A stretch of DNA of 64,000 nucleotides from an uncultured virus (IMG/VR IMGVR_UViG_2922252024_000010). Taxonomy: Duplodnaviria > Heunggongvirae > Uroviricota > Caudoviricetes. The notes under the pieces were generated by a model that made no database searches, was not told the origin of the DNA, and saw only the letters and a program-made list of their open reading frames with translations. Of this stretch, positions 1 to 9,440 are shown one piece after another. The translations under genes and the position numbers were made by a program. Every line of letters begins with the position of its first letter. Position 1 is the first letter of the stretch. The DNA is taken from the IMG/VR virus record IMGVR_UViG_2922252024_000010. The stretch is one strand, 5' to 3'.

Positions 1-69
1 CGCCCTCATTTCCGCTAAATAATTCAAGCCGCCAACAAACCTGCGGTTTGAATTATGAAGGGGGAAGAA

Positions 70-108
70 AGAATTAGGGCTTCCCGTAGGAAGCCCTTTC
101 TTTTTTTA
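70..108. terminator. Bidirectional intrinsic terminator
   Basis: AGGGCTTCC-cgta-GGAAGCCCT hairpin with a T-tract on + and a T-rich tail on -. Confidence 0.75.
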
Positions 109-232
109 GTTCGGCTGTATGTAGGGTACAGCTCGATGAATTCGTTAACCTGGCAATAGTGACAGATTTGATAATCAATTCCTATTTGCTTCTAAAGGCA
201 ATGTTGCAGGTTGTGACACACCGCTCAATACC
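70..232 (-). ncRNA. Possible pspG 3'-UTR-derived sRNA (PspH-like)
   Basis: Long 3' UTR between the pspG stop and a strong hairpin. A pspG 3'-UTR sRNA is known in E. coli; identity inferred from position only. Confidence 0.35.
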
Positions 233-475
233 TTAGTAAAATCGGCGGTTATTGCGCTGATACTGTGGGACTTTTGGCGCTTTTATCGCCTTGATAACCC
301 ACACCACGGCAACGGCCAATAACAGCCAGGGCAACAGTTTAATCATCAACGCAAATAGTCCGCCCAAAAACATCACCACAGTGGCTACCACCAATGCGGC
401 CAGCACTCCCAGCAAAGATACGCCGGTGACCATCAACATGATAAAAAATCCAATCACAAAAAGTAGTTCCAGCAT
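233..475 (-). CDS. pspG: Phage shock protein G
   Basis: MLELLFVIGFF..., 80-aa hydrophobic protein directly downstream of dusA, with a sigma54 promoter upstream. Confidence 0.95.
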   Translation of the reverse strand: MLELLFVIGFFIMLMVTGVSLLGVLAALVVATVVMFLGGLFALMIKLLPWLLLAVAVVWVIKAIKAPKVPQYQRNNRRFY

Positions 476-510
476 GGCTCTCTCCCGAAATGAAATACTC
501 TCCACAGCTT

Positions 511-596
511 TACAAGAAACATGCCAAAATTAATATATTGATTTATAAAGCAAACGCCCCGCGACGAAGCGCAGGGCGTGGTGAAATTCACTAACT
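511..596 (-). promoter_or_regulatory. pspG sigma54 promoter with IHF site and putative PspF UAS
   Basis: Minus strand TGGCAT-GTTTC-TTGTA (-24/-12, 511-526); AATCAA-TATA-TTA IHF consensus (531-543); near-palindrome GTGAAATTCAC at about 581-591. Confidence 0.8.
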
Positions 597-608
597 TTTG
601 GCGAAAAC

Positions 609-1646
609 TTAACGTTTGTCTGCCACCAGCTTCAGCGCATGTTCCAGAACCTCAATATCTGCCCCGGCTTTATGCGCATTTTCGCTCAGATAGCGACGCC
701 ACTGCCGTGCCCCTGGAATCCCCTGAAACAGTCCCAGCATATGGCGCGTGACATGCCCCAAATAGGTTCCTTTACTCAGTTCACGCTCAATATACGGATA
801 CATCGCACGCACTACGGCGACCGGATCGGCATCTTCGCTGGTGAAAGCAAAAATCTCGCGGTCAACGGACGCCAGAATACCTGGGTTTTGATAAGCTTCG
901 CGCCCCACCATCACGCCATCCATATGTTGCAGATGGATTTTCGCTTCTTCCAGCGATTTTATACCACCGTTGATCGACATTGTCAGATGCGGAAAATCGC
1001 GCTTTAGCTGGTAAACACGGTCATAATCCAGCGGTGGGATTTCGCGGTTTTCTTTCGGGCTTAACCCGGACAACCAGGCCTTACGGGCGTGGATGATAAA
1101 CATCTCACATTCACCATTACCGGAGACCGTGTTGATGAAATCGCACAGGAATTCGTAGCTGTCCTGGTCATCAATACCGATACGGGTTTTCACCGTTACC
1201 GGAATCGATACCACATCGCGCATCGCTTTGATGCAATCAGCGACCAGTTGCGCATTTCCCATCAGACAGGCACCAAACATTCCATTCTGTACACGGTCGG
1301 AAGGGCAACCCACGTTGAGGTTAATTTCGTCATAGCCCCGTTGTTCAGCAAGCTTTGCGCACTGCGCCAGCGCAGCCGGATCGCTCCCGCCCAGTTGCAA
1401 AGCGACTGGATGTTCTTCTTCGCTATACGCCAGATAATCGCCTTTACCATGAATGATCGCGCCGGTGGTTACCATCTCCGTGTAGAGCAGCGTCTGGCGG
1501 GACAGTAAGCGCAAAAAGTAGCGGCAATGTCTGTCCGTCCAGTCGAGCATAGGAGCAACACTAAACCGACCATTCCAGTGATTGTCAGTATTTTCAGGCA
1601 TTGCGCTGGTTTGGCTGGTTTTTATCATTTCAAGATTACCGTGCAT
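609..1646 (-). CDS. dusA: tRNA-dihydrouridine(20/20a) synthase DusA (5' end probably supplied by the prophage)
   Basis: [22 protein letters not shown] and HARKAWL motifs; 345 aa. Confidence 0.97.
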   Translation of the reverse strand: MHGNLEMIKTSQTSAMPENTDNHWNGRFSVAPMLDWTDRHCRYFLRLLSRQTLLYTEMVTTGAIIHGKGDYLAYSEEEHPVALQLGGSDPAALAQCAKLAEQRGYDEINLNVGCPSDRVQNGMFGACLMGNAQLVADCIKAMRDVVSIPVTVKTRIGIDDQDSYEFLCDFINTVSGNGECEMFIIHARKAWLSGLSPKENREIPPLDYDRVYQLKRDFPHLTMSINGGIKSLEEAKIHLQHMDGVMVGREAYQNPGILASVDREIFAFTSEDADPVAVVRAMYPYIERELSKGTYLGHVTRHMLGLFQGIPGARQWRRYLSENAHKAGADIEVLEHALKLVADKR

Positions 1647-1676
1647 TTTTTGACATTTAAGTATATTTTTCTCTCA

Positions 1677-1716
1677 TCAGGTCCCCACTCAGGCCCCCAC
1701 GCTTATGGGAACCTGA
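1677..1716. repeat. Putative integrase arm-type binding sites
   Basis: Tandem TCAGGTCCCCAC / TCAGGCCCCCAC (1677-1700) plus an inverted copy ATGGGAACCTGA (1705-1716). Confidence 0.6.
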
Positions 1717-1733
1717 AATAACGAGACAGAGTA

Positions 1734-2828
1734 ATGGCATACTATAACATAGAGAAACGATTAAAATCTGATGGCACTCCACGCTACCGCTGTACCGTGC
1801 TCATTAAGGAAAAAGGCGTTATCACATTCAGAGAAAGTAAAACCTTCCCAAAACAGGCGCATGCTAAAACATGGGGATCCCAGAGGGTTATGGAACTGGA
1901 TCTTTATGGTCTCCCATCATCTGATGATGCAACCGGAATAACAGTCCGTGATTTGTTGCAAAAATACATCAATGATCCAAACGCTGGTGGCAAAGCGGGA
2001 CGAACAAAAAGCTATGTTCTTAATATGCTCGTTGACTGCGACATTGCAGCTATCCCCCTGCTGTCTTTAACCGCAAATGACGTCATAGAGCACTGTCGAT
2101 TGCGAAATAATGCAGGAGCCGGGCCAGCGACCGTAAGCCACGACGTCAGCTATCTTGGAAGCGTGCTAGATTGTGCAAAGCCAGTGTATGGCATTAACTA
2201 TACTAGCAATCCGGCAAAAGAGGCACGCCCTCACCTCCTAAAATTGGGGTTAATTGGAAAATCAAATCGACGTAGTCGTCGACCAGCATCTGAAGAACTA
2301 GACATGCTGATTGAAGGCCTGAAGCAACGTTCTCAAAGGCGGGGATCAAAAATCCCATTCGTCGATATTCTGATGTTTTCTGTTTTATCATGCATGCGCA
2401 TTGGCGAGGTTTGCCGTCTGCGATGGGATGATATCGATGAAAAACAAAAATCAGTGCTGGTGAGAGACAGGAAGGATCCACGTAAAAAAGAAGGGAACCA
2501 CATGAATGTCGCTTTACTCGGAGAAGCCTGGGATATTGTCCAGCGCCAGCCGCGTAAGTCAGAGCTAATATTCCCTTATATAAGCAGTTCCGTAACGGCA
2601 GGATTCCAAAGGGTAAGAAGTGCTCTTGGAATTGAGGATCTAAGATATCATGACCTTAGAAGGGAAGGCGCCAGCAGACTTTTTGAAGCTGGATTCAGTA
2701 TAGAGGAAGTGGCCCAAGTTACTGGCCACAGGTCGCTGAATGTACTGTGGCAAGTTTACACAGAGCTATTCCCTAAATCACTTCATGTAAGGCTTGAACA
2801 ATTGCAAAAGTCCAGAAAAAATGACTAA
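1734..2828 (+). CDS. int: dusA-associated tyrosine integrase
   Basis: Catalytic motifs MRIGE, YHDLRRE and GH...QVY; adjacent to the dusA 5' end. Confidence 0.93.
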   Translation: MAYYNIEKRLKSDGTPRYRCTVLIKEKGVITFRESKTFPKQAHAKTWGSQRVMELDLYGLPSSDDATGITVRDLLQKYINDPNAGGKAGRTKSYVLNMLVDCDIAAIPLLSLTANDVIEHCRLRNNAGAGPATVSHDVSYLGSVLDCAKPVYGINYTSNPAKEARPHLLKLGLIGKSNRRSRRPASEELDMLIEGLKQRSQRRGSKIPFVDILMFSVLSCMRIGEVCRLRWDDIDEKQKSVLVRDRKDPRKKEGNHMNVALLGEAWDIVQRQPRKSELIFPYISSSVTAGFQRVRSALGIEDLRYHDLRREGASRLFEAGFSIEEVAQVTGHRSLNVLWQVYTELFPKSLHVRLEQLQKSRKND

Positions 2829-2831
2829 ACG

Positions 2832-2858
2832 AAAGCCCGTATAAACGGGCTTTTTTTT
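2832..2858. terminator. Bidirectional terminator between int and the umuD'-like gene
   Basis: AAAGCCCGT-ataa-ACGGGCTTTTTTTT. Confidence 0.85.
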
Positions 2859-2860
2859 CA

Positions 2861-3250
2861 TTACATAACTGGGCAATCGTCGAACTCTCCATTCCTGGCA
2901 TCATTAATGATGTACGTGATCACTCCGAATATAGCGGGTGCAGAACTGTAACCGTCATCATCTACTGGCAGCGCTTCCCTTCTCCCGTTCTCCAGATTTA
3001 TCAGGTGGGGCTGAGGGTGAGTTCGGTATCGCTTGATCCTGAATTCCCCATCTATCGCACATATCAGCAGCGAGCCATCACAGGCTGAAAGCGACGCGTC
3101 CACAACAAGTAGCGCCCCCTGGATTATCCCTTCCCTGAAATGTGAACGCGATGCCCGCATGAAATAAGTCGCTGCGGGCTGGCTGATTAGCTGCTGATCG
3201 AGGGAGATCCTTGTTTCAACGTAATCTGCCGCAGGTGAAGGAAAGCCCAT
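2861..3250 (-). CDS. UmuD'-like (HumD-type) S24-family protein
   Basis: Starts M-GFPSPAADY, the UmuD post-cleavage N-terminus; 129 aa; AGAGGG RBS upstream. Confidence 0.85.
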   Translation of the reverse strand: MGFPSPAADYVETRISLDQQLISQPAATYFMRASRSHFREGIIQGALLVVDASLSACDGSLLICAIDGEFRIKRYRTHPQPHLINLENGRREALPVDDDGYSSAPAIFGVITYIINDARNGEFDDCPVM

Positions 3251-3271
3251 GTTTACGCCCTCTCTTGAATA

Positions 3272-3313
3272 CCGGATAAAAACACAGTATAAATACTGTA
3301 TATACATCCAGTA
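3272..3313. promoter_or_regulatory. LexA (SOS) boxes
   Basis: TACTGTATATACATCCAGTA (3294-3313; CTG-N10-CAG) plus degenerate CCGGATAAAAACACAG (3272-3287). Confidence 0.88.
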
Positions 3314-3328
3314 AAGAGGCAATAAGCA

Positions 3329-3571
3329 ATGTTCGTGGAACTCGTTTATGACAAAAGGAATTTTGATGGTCTGCCCGGTGCAAAAGATATCATTCTGGGC
3401 GAATTGACTAAGAGGGTTCACCGGGTCTTCCCTGATGCTGATGTCCGGGTGAAACCGATGATGACGTTGCCGGCGATCAATACTGACGCCAGCAAGCATG
3501 AGAAAGAACAGATAAGCCGTACTGTTCAGGAAATGTTTGAAGAGGCTGAGTTCTGGCTTATTTCTGAGTAA
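3329..3571 (+). CDS. DinI/MsgA-family protein
   Basis: MFVELVYDKRN...MFEEAEFWL, 80 aa, immediately after a LexA box. Confidence 0.88.
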   Translation: MFVELVYDKRNFDGLPGAKDIILGELTKRVHRVFPDADVRVKPMMTLPAINTDASKHEKEQISRTVQEMFEEAEFWLISE

Positions 3572-3698
3572 TATGAAGCGAGGCGCGCACTCTAATCATG
3601 TTATGAATCGACCCGTAGCCTGAACTTTCCAGACAATGGCTACGGTTTTTTAACGATTCGTCAGGCACACTAGTCCTGTTTTTCAGGTGGTATATTGC

Positions 3699-4796
3699 TT
3701 ACTTTTTCAACGTGTCAAGTTCTGCTTTCAACTCGTGTACTGCCCCGATCAAGTCAGACACCAGGGCCAGATACGACACGTTAAGGATAGGGTTTTCCGG
3801 GTCCTCACCTCCCGCCTCAAACACATATAGTGGGTCCACTTCCTGGAGCTGCTGGGCTATAACCCCGCGGTCTCGTCGGCCATCCCCTCGCCATGTGAAC
3901 TCGTAAGGCTCTATCCGGCTGACACGGTCCAGGGCACCTGTTTGTGCCGCAGTTGCTTCTTTTTTCAGGCGTCGATCCGAACCTGACGGAAATATCGCCC
4001 CATTTGCGGTATTGATTCCTCCGGAACCATTCGCAAAAAGCCAGTACTTTGTATAGCCAGCCCCGTCAGAGCAGGTCAACATTGGGCCTGCTGAGTCTGC
4101 CGTCCCTGCAGAACCAATGTAACCACCGAACGCCATGTTTAATGTGAACTGGCTTCCCGTACCTCCTGTTTTCTGTATGGTTGCCATCCCCGCAGGCGCA
4201 AATACCCGGCTCCCGGAGTAGATATGCTTTATATTAAAGGGCGCGGCTTTGATTGCCGGTGTGGCTTCCGTAATAACCGTCGTTGGTGCGGAAATATCGC
4301 CTTTCATACTAATGGCGAATGTCGCGGTATTTACTGATGCTATGCACTGAGAGAAGTCGGATAAATTACCGAGTGCAGCTGCTGTGTCTTTAAGCAGGTC
4401 GGTTATCTTTTTCCAGCTTGGTCCGGAAAACTGAGAGCCGTCAGGCAGCATCACAGTAATATCACCACCGGTGCTGAACACCATTTGCCAGTTCTGCTTG
4501 TCGTAATTAAGCCCACGAAGCGCCTCAGTTGTCTGCGCAACCAGCGCAGCGGTCACCTGGTTCTGGGTGGCTCGTGGAACAGCATTCCACGCAGAGGATG
4601 CTTGTGACGGGCCGGGATACTTGCTGATCAGGGTGATTTGAGTGTCACTGTCGATCGTCTTTACTGGCAGTGTGTAAGTAATACCGCCGACCGTAACGAC
4701 AACAAAATCACCTGCAGCTAACTCAGTGGTGAAAGTGGTGTCAGTTCCGGCAACTGAGGCTGAGTTATTATTAAGGGTTAAAGTTCCTGCTGACAT
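3699..4796 (-). CDS. Side tail fibre with C-terminal intramolecular chaperone (peptidase S74)
   Basis: Fibre-type N-terminus MSAGTLTL...; SDRRLKK cleavage motif, GVIAQ and terminal coiled coil. Confidence 0.85.
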   Translation of the reverse strand: MSAGTLTLNNNSASVAGTDTTFTTELAAGDFVVVTVGGITYTLPVKTIDSDTQITLISKYPGPSQASSAWNAVPRATQNQVTAALVAQTTEALRGLNYDKQNWQMVFSTGGDITVMLPDGSQFSGPSWKKITDLLKDTAAALGNLSDFSQCIASVNTATFAISMKGDISAPTTVITEATPAIKAAPFNIKHIYSGSRVFAPAGMATIQKTGGTGSQFTLNMAFGGYIGSAGTADSAGPMLTCSDGAGYTKYWLFANGSGGINTANGAIFPSGSDRRLKKEATAAQTGALDRVSRIEPYEFTWRGDGRRDRGVIAQQLQEVDPLYVFEAGGEDPENPILNVSYLALVSDLIGAVHELKAELDTLKK

Positions 4797-4820
4797 GGAT
4801 TTCTCCTGAATTCAGATAAT

Positions 4821-4848
4821 AAAAAACCCGCCGGAGCGGGATATTTTT
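4821..4848 (-). terminator. Terminator after cor
   Basis: CCCGC-tccg-GCGGG-TTTTTT on the - strand. Confidence 0.75.
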
Positions 4849-4853
4849 GTATT

Positions 4854-5093
4854 TCATTGAGGACAATTCGAACTGGTGAAGTTATTTTTATTCACCCATC
4901 GCCAGTTAAATGGATAACCGGCCCTGTACTCAGTCTGATTAGCAACTTTTCGCACACCGTAAATGTGTACCGACTGGGGCAGCCCGCCAGACACAAACTC
5001 AGCCTGACAAACCGGTTTCTGTTTCTCAAGAACAGGTCCTGAACACGCTGAAAGCACCAGACAGACAATAACCGGAATTATTATATTTTTCAT
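4854..5093 (-). CDS. cor: Cor superinfection-exclusion lipoprotein
   Basis: Lipobox LSAC; EKQKPVC...YGVRKVANQTEYRAGYPFNWRWV; position between tail-tip genes and fibre as in phi80/N15/HK022. Confidence 0.88.
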   Translation of the reverse strand: MKNIIIPVIVCLVLSACSGPVLEKQKPVCQAEFVSGGLPQSVHIYGVRKVANQTEYRAGYPFNWRWVNKNNFTSSNCPQ

Positions 5094-5119
5094 TTCGACA
5101 CCAAGGTTAATTATTTAAA

Positions 5120-5200
5120 CAAAAAATAACCAATAGCATTGAATAATAAAAATAGTTTTAATAGATCAATATTCTAAAATTGATCGTTTAAATCGATCAG
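5120..5200 (-). promoter_or_regulatory. AT-rich cor upstream region with three GATC sites and OxyR-like half-sites
   Basis: GATC at 5164, 5182 and 5195; ATCG-N7-CGAT (5183-5197) and ATAG-N7-AGAT (5152-5166). Confidence 0.5.
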
Positions 5201-5201
5201 T

Positions 5202-5876
5202 TTAATCATATGCAGCTGTGTTTATCGCCGTTATCACAATGCCACTATTCGTTGATCCGATCGAGGCCCCACTCGCTGTGGTTGAACTTTGCCCCCTAAT
5301 TCTTGTACCACCAGTGTCGTCATGGCAACCCGTCCCCACATCAACAGACTGAAATATTGGCTGTCCACCTGGTGCAGAACCCGCATGGAGGATGACAGAT
5401 CCCAGCCCCATCGGATTTACGGCCCATTTTCCTGCCATGTATGTATCAATGTTAAGCCCACCACTTACAGCACCTGGTGAACCAATAGTTGTAAGGTCGC
5501 TTAATACCCGGGACTCATTCGTAAGTACCAGTGTCCCTTCGGCATCCCATATAGCCACACCCCAGGCCGGAAGGGTAAGCGGATATATGGCAAAAAAATA
5601 GGCCTCAAGGACAAAAGCCGATCCCCTGTAATTAGACGCATCAACACTGAACGTATTGCCACTTTTTGAAGCAGATATCTTCGCCGGGGCGCTGGTTCTT
5701 GCAAATGCAATCCCTCCCTTCTGACCGTCGATAGTCACGGACGCCGAAGCACTGTTAAAATTTCCCCCAAAAGTTGAGTTTACAGTGACTTTCCGGTAAA
5801 GCGTCATTGGTGTGGAATCAGGCGTGATAAAAGGGTTCCCGTTAGGTAATGAAATCAATGCGCCATATTTAGCCAT
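5202..5876 (-). CDS. Tail-tip accessory protein
   Basis: Beta-rich, Y/W-G repeats; position between J and cor. Confidence 0.7.
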   Translation of the reverse strand: MAKYGALISLPNGNPFITPDSTPMTLYRKVTVNSTFGGNFNSASASVTIDGQKGGIAFARTSAPAKISASKSGNTFSVDASNYRGSAFVLEAYFFAIYPLTLPAWGVAIWDAEGTLVLTNESRVLSDLTTIGSPGAVSGGLNIDTYMAGKWAVNPMGLGSVILHAGSAPGGQPIFQSVDVGTGCHDDTGGTRIRGQSSTTASGASIGSTNSGIVITAINTAAYD

Positions 5877-6194
5877 CTACGCAGTCTCCGCAAAAACGAT
5901 TAACTGCACTTTGACTGCCGGGTAATCATTGATCCCATCACTACCTGAAGGCTGTATTGTTATGGTGTTTCCAGATGCAATAATATTTCTTTTATCTGTG
6001 TAACTTATTGTCCCTTTATCCTCCAGAGTACCAACCGCAAAACCGACCTTTAAACCGGGCTCGAGGTTGAACTGGTAGCTTCCCGTTTTCTGACCTAAAG
6101 CAAGATCGATGATTCCCACCACGGTTACAGGTTTAATGCCATAGTTATTCGGGACACCGTTAGCGTCCCATGAGGCAAATCCAAAATCAGACAT
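5877..6194 (-). CDS. Tail-tip accessory protein
   Basis: Overlaps the J stop; FGFASWDANG motif. Confidence 0.7.
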   Translation of the reverse strand: MSDFGFASWDANGVPNNYGIKPVTVVGIIDLALGQKTGSYQFNLEPGLKVGFAVGTLEDKGTISYTDKRNIIASGNTITIQPSGSDGINDYPAVKVQLIVFAETA

Positions 6195-9100
6195 TGGGAG
6201 CCACTCCTGTTAGTTTACCAATCTGCACAAACAAACGACCTTCCGGCCCCGTAAAGGAAAGATTGTTGTCGGCTTTAGAAAGACACCACCCCCCCTGATT
6301 TGCTACTTTGTAACCTTCTGACCAGATAGAACCTGAGATTTTCGCATTGTTGATTGCGGCGTTAGCAATTTTGGCGCTTGTTATACTTCCATTCTGAATA
6401 AACGCATCGCTGATAAACACCTGACCGTTAACTATCGCAAATGGCGAATAAACATTACTTCCCGAACCGGACATAACAACAAACTGGTTTGCATTAACAG
6501 CAACGCGCGTATCTACAGACACTCCATTAATAGTTACGGCTACCGATAACCCGGCATCATAATTTTGCCCCTTATACTTGATCCCCGTTTTCAGGGTATA
6601 AATGGCAGAACCACCTGACGCATCGGTATAGGCGGTCATTTTTTCCTGTATTGCAGCTTCTGTATCGCCAAACTGAGCCGCAACATCAGTTTCAAGTTTC
6701 GCAACTGCTTTTTCTGCGTCAGCGGCGACTTTAGACGCCTGAATAATGCCAGCCTTGTTTTCGCCATACTGCGCCCATTGCTGATTCACATTGTCGTAAT
6801 CAGCCAGGGAGTTCTGAAGAATAGCTTCCAGGCTTGTTTCCAGTTGCCCCATTAATGCCTTGCCGTCTTCGGAAGACATAAAATTTTTGCCGATGTCGCC
6901 CAGATATTCATCAGCCTGAGAACTCGTTTCCCCCATCACCCAGGCGGTCCACTCACCAACATTGCCAATACGGTCAACAAGACGTGCCCGGTACCACTGC
7001 CGGATACCCGCCGGCATCATCCCATGCTGATAATTTGATGTCGGATAAGGAACCAGCGTAAGTTGCTGCGGATTGGCGTGGTCTCCCGTCGTCGAACGCT
7101 GGATTTCGGTATATGCCGTATCACCAGAACCATCAGGAAAGGCCCAGGTAATATTGATATTCCAGACAACATTGTCAGAAGCAACCAGATTAACGGGCGT
7201 CCCTGGCTTGCCAGCCTTACCGGAAAGGTATGTCTTATCCGCGTAGCCCCATGGAGAAGACGTTTCCTGCGCATTCAGCGCCCGGACACGCACATCATAA
7301 ATTCCCGTATAAATCCCCTGAGCAGAGAATCCCTGCGCGCTGGTAACCGGAACGTTTATCCAGTCGCCGCTGTCCTTCCTCCACTGAGCAATGTACCGGA
7401 TTGCACCATCAACCTTATCCCATGACACATCTAGGCTTGCCACAGTCAACCCCTGCGACACATGATCGCTTTCAGTCACCACGATATTTTTCGGCGCAGA
7501 CAGGACGCTTATCGGCGTGACGGTGATTGGGGCCGACTCAATGCGAACACCATCATCGATATAGCGATATTTGTTCGGATCGTGCTGTACCGCGGTGATG
7601 GTAAAGCCGCCGTTACTATCATCACTGGCTGCTATTGATGTGACCCGAAAATACTGAATCGCCAGATTATCACTGTCAATTGCCCATACAGCACCAGCAA
7701 CAGGTGGCTGGCTGAATGCGGTGGATACCGTCACTGTTTTTTTATCTGCGCTAACAGCACTGATTGTCCGCGTCTGCGCTTTACCATCGGGCAGGTTAAC
7801 AACCAACCGATCATTAACGGTGTAGTCAGTTGCACGATCGAGGGTAACCTGACGGCCATTCACCGCACTGATTCGACCACCATTCTGCTTACCGGCGCGA
7901 AACGGGTCGGCCACACCAATGATTTCCGCAGGTAACGGAATGTACCCGTCGAGTCCTACGCCAAACGACACCGTGCCATCCTTCGCGTTTGAAAGAAGAA
8001 CCCAACGCCCGCGCCGGTGTGCTTCGCTCTGTGAAGTGCAGCCAATTGCGGTCAGTGTTGTCTGCCGCACATCATACCGCTCAACAAGCCCTGAATCGTA
8101 GACACCTTCTACTGTATCGCTGTAGTGATTCTGCGGATCAGACCAGGAAACAAGACAGGAGCTGTAGCGGTTCTTATAAGACCCGCCAGCATAAGTGAAC
8201 AAGCCATCAATGACATTTGAAACATTATAAACCCAGTCAACATCAGCTTGCGGAACATCAGCCTGGACGTAAATTTTTTCATTACCCCAGAACGTTATGC
8301 CACGAAACACAGCAGCCAGATCGCGCAGAACCTGATAAGCATCCTGCTGGTTCTGGATGAATACGTTACAGGTAAAACGGGGCTCTGTTCCCCCTGCTCC
8401 GTCTGAAACTTTTTCATCACAATACTGAGCGATGGAATACAGTTCCCACCTATCAACCATGGATACGTCAACGCGCGTACCCATACCATAAATTTCATCC
8501 AGCACCAGATCATAGAAAATCCATGCGGGGTTATTTGAATAAGCCATTTTGAAACCGCCGGACCACGACCCGGAGTAGGTACGCGTTGCAGGATCATAAT
8601 TATCCGGCACCTTAATAAGCTTACCCTTTGGCTTGCAGGTGATTTTCGGCGCGCTGCCGTTGAACTGGCTGCTGTCCACCTCCACAAACAGGAGAGCGGT
8701 ATTGGGATAACGAAATTTACTGTCGATGACCTCAGCAAAAGAAAAGACTTTAAAGGCATTTACCAGTTTTGAGTTAGAACCACTGGCATCTGGCGTGATA
8801 CGTCTTACCCGGACGGACCAGCCGGAAACGGAATCCGGCAAGTCAATACGGTGATCGCGTTGATATTCTGTTGTGGTTTTACCATCGAACCTACCATTCA
8901 CGACCGTCTGCCATGCTGCGCCATCCGTTGATAAATCAATGGCGTATTCCGTGACAGTCCCGACCATATCACCGTTATCTTTATACAAATACTGAACAGG
9001 AAGGCTCAGTTTTATACGGATCGCATCAAGAGAAAGATTGGAAAACTGGCGAGTCCACGGCGCTGTAGTGGTTACCGTTACACCCACGGCAAGCTCGTTG

Positions 9101-9387
9101 TCCACTTCCGGCATACCAGCGATATAGCTCTGGTCCTGAGTGCCTTTACGGAACTCCCATTTCACGCCCTGAAAATTGTATTCACCACTATCATTAGCCA
9201 GTGGAGTATCGTTGAGGAAAATCTGCTGTGCTGTCAGGTCACCCTTAATTTCACCTTCTGACAGCGCCACCAGCATTTTCAGTTTTGCCACTGACAACAG
9301 ATCATCAGGTTGCTCTACTGGCGTATGCGCTTTGCCGCCGCCACCTTTGGCGCCATGAATAATGGTTTCACCTTCGAGGAGTCGCAT
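6187..9387 (-). CDS. Central tail fibre / host specificity protein J
   Basis: GAKGGGG N-terminus, YPNTAL, NNPAWIFYDL, GSITSAKI; 1066 aa. Confidence 0.95.
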   Translation of the reverse strand: MRLLEGETIIHGAKGGGGKAHTPVEQPDDLLSVAKLKMLVALSEGEIKGDLTAQQIFLNDTPLANDSGEYNFQGVKWEFRKGTQDQSYIAGMPEVDNELAVGVTVTTTAPWTRQFSNLSLDAIRIKLSLPVQYLYKDNGDMVGTVTEYAIDLSTDGAAWQTVVNGRFDGKTTTEYQRDHRIDLPDSVSGWSVRVRRITPDASGSNSKLVNAFKVFSFAEVIDSKFRYPNTALLFVEVDSSQFNGSAPKITCKPKGKLIKVPDNYDPATRTYSGSWSGGFKMAYSNNPAWIFYDLVLDEIYGMGTRVDVSMVDRWELYSIAQYCDEKVSDGAGGTEPRFTCNVFIQNQQDAYQVLRDLAAVFRGITFWGNEKIYVQADVPQADVDWVYNVSNVIDGLFTYAGGSYKNRYSSCLVSWSDPQNHYSDTVEGVYDSGLVERYDVRQTTLTAIGCTSQSEAHRRGRWVLLSNAKDGTVSFGVGLDGYIPLPAEIIGVADPFRAGKQNGGRISAVNGRQVTLDRATDYTVNDRLVVNLPDGKAQTRTISAVSADKKTVTVSTAFSQPPVAGAVWAIDSDNLAIQYFRVTSIAASDDSNGGFTITAVQHDPNKYRYIDDGVRIESAPITVTPISVLSAPKNIVVTESDHVSQGLTVASLDVSWDKVDGAIRYIAQWRKDSGDWINVPVTSAQGFSAQGIYTGIYDVRVRALNAQETSSPWGYADKTYLSGKAGKPGTPVNLVASDNVVWNINITWAFPDGSGDTAYTEIQRSTTGDHANPQQLTLVPYPTSNYQHGMMPAGIRQWYRARLVDRIGNVGEWTAWVMGETSSQADEYLGDIGKNFMSSEDGKALMGQLETSLEAILQNSLADYDNVNQQWAQYGENKAGIIQASKVAADAEKAVAKLETDVAAQFGDTEAAIQEKMTAYTDASGGSAIYTLKTGIKYKGQNYDAGLSVAVTINGVSVDTRVAVNANQFVVMSGSGSNVYSPFAIVNGQVFISDAFIQNGSITSAKIANAAINNAKISGSIWSEGYKVANQGGWCLSKADNNLSFTGPEGRLFVQIGKLTGVAPNV

Positions 9388-9440
9388 ATTTCACCCGTAA
9401 AAAAGGACGCATAAGCGCCCTGAGGTTAATAACTGTCAAC

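Noticed and set aside
3251..3499. 83-aa N-terminal extension of the umuD'-like ORF in the track
   Set aside because: Overlaps the LexA boxes and the divergent dinI-like gene; the RBS supports ATG 3250.
3329..3571. MsgA-like protein as a virulence factor
   Set aside because: Context (LexA box, umuD'-like partner) points to SOS modulation; no virulence evidence in the sequence.
6289..6295. G7 tract near the 3' end of J as a phase-variation site
   Set aside because: Short, frame intact, encodes Gln-Gly-Gly.
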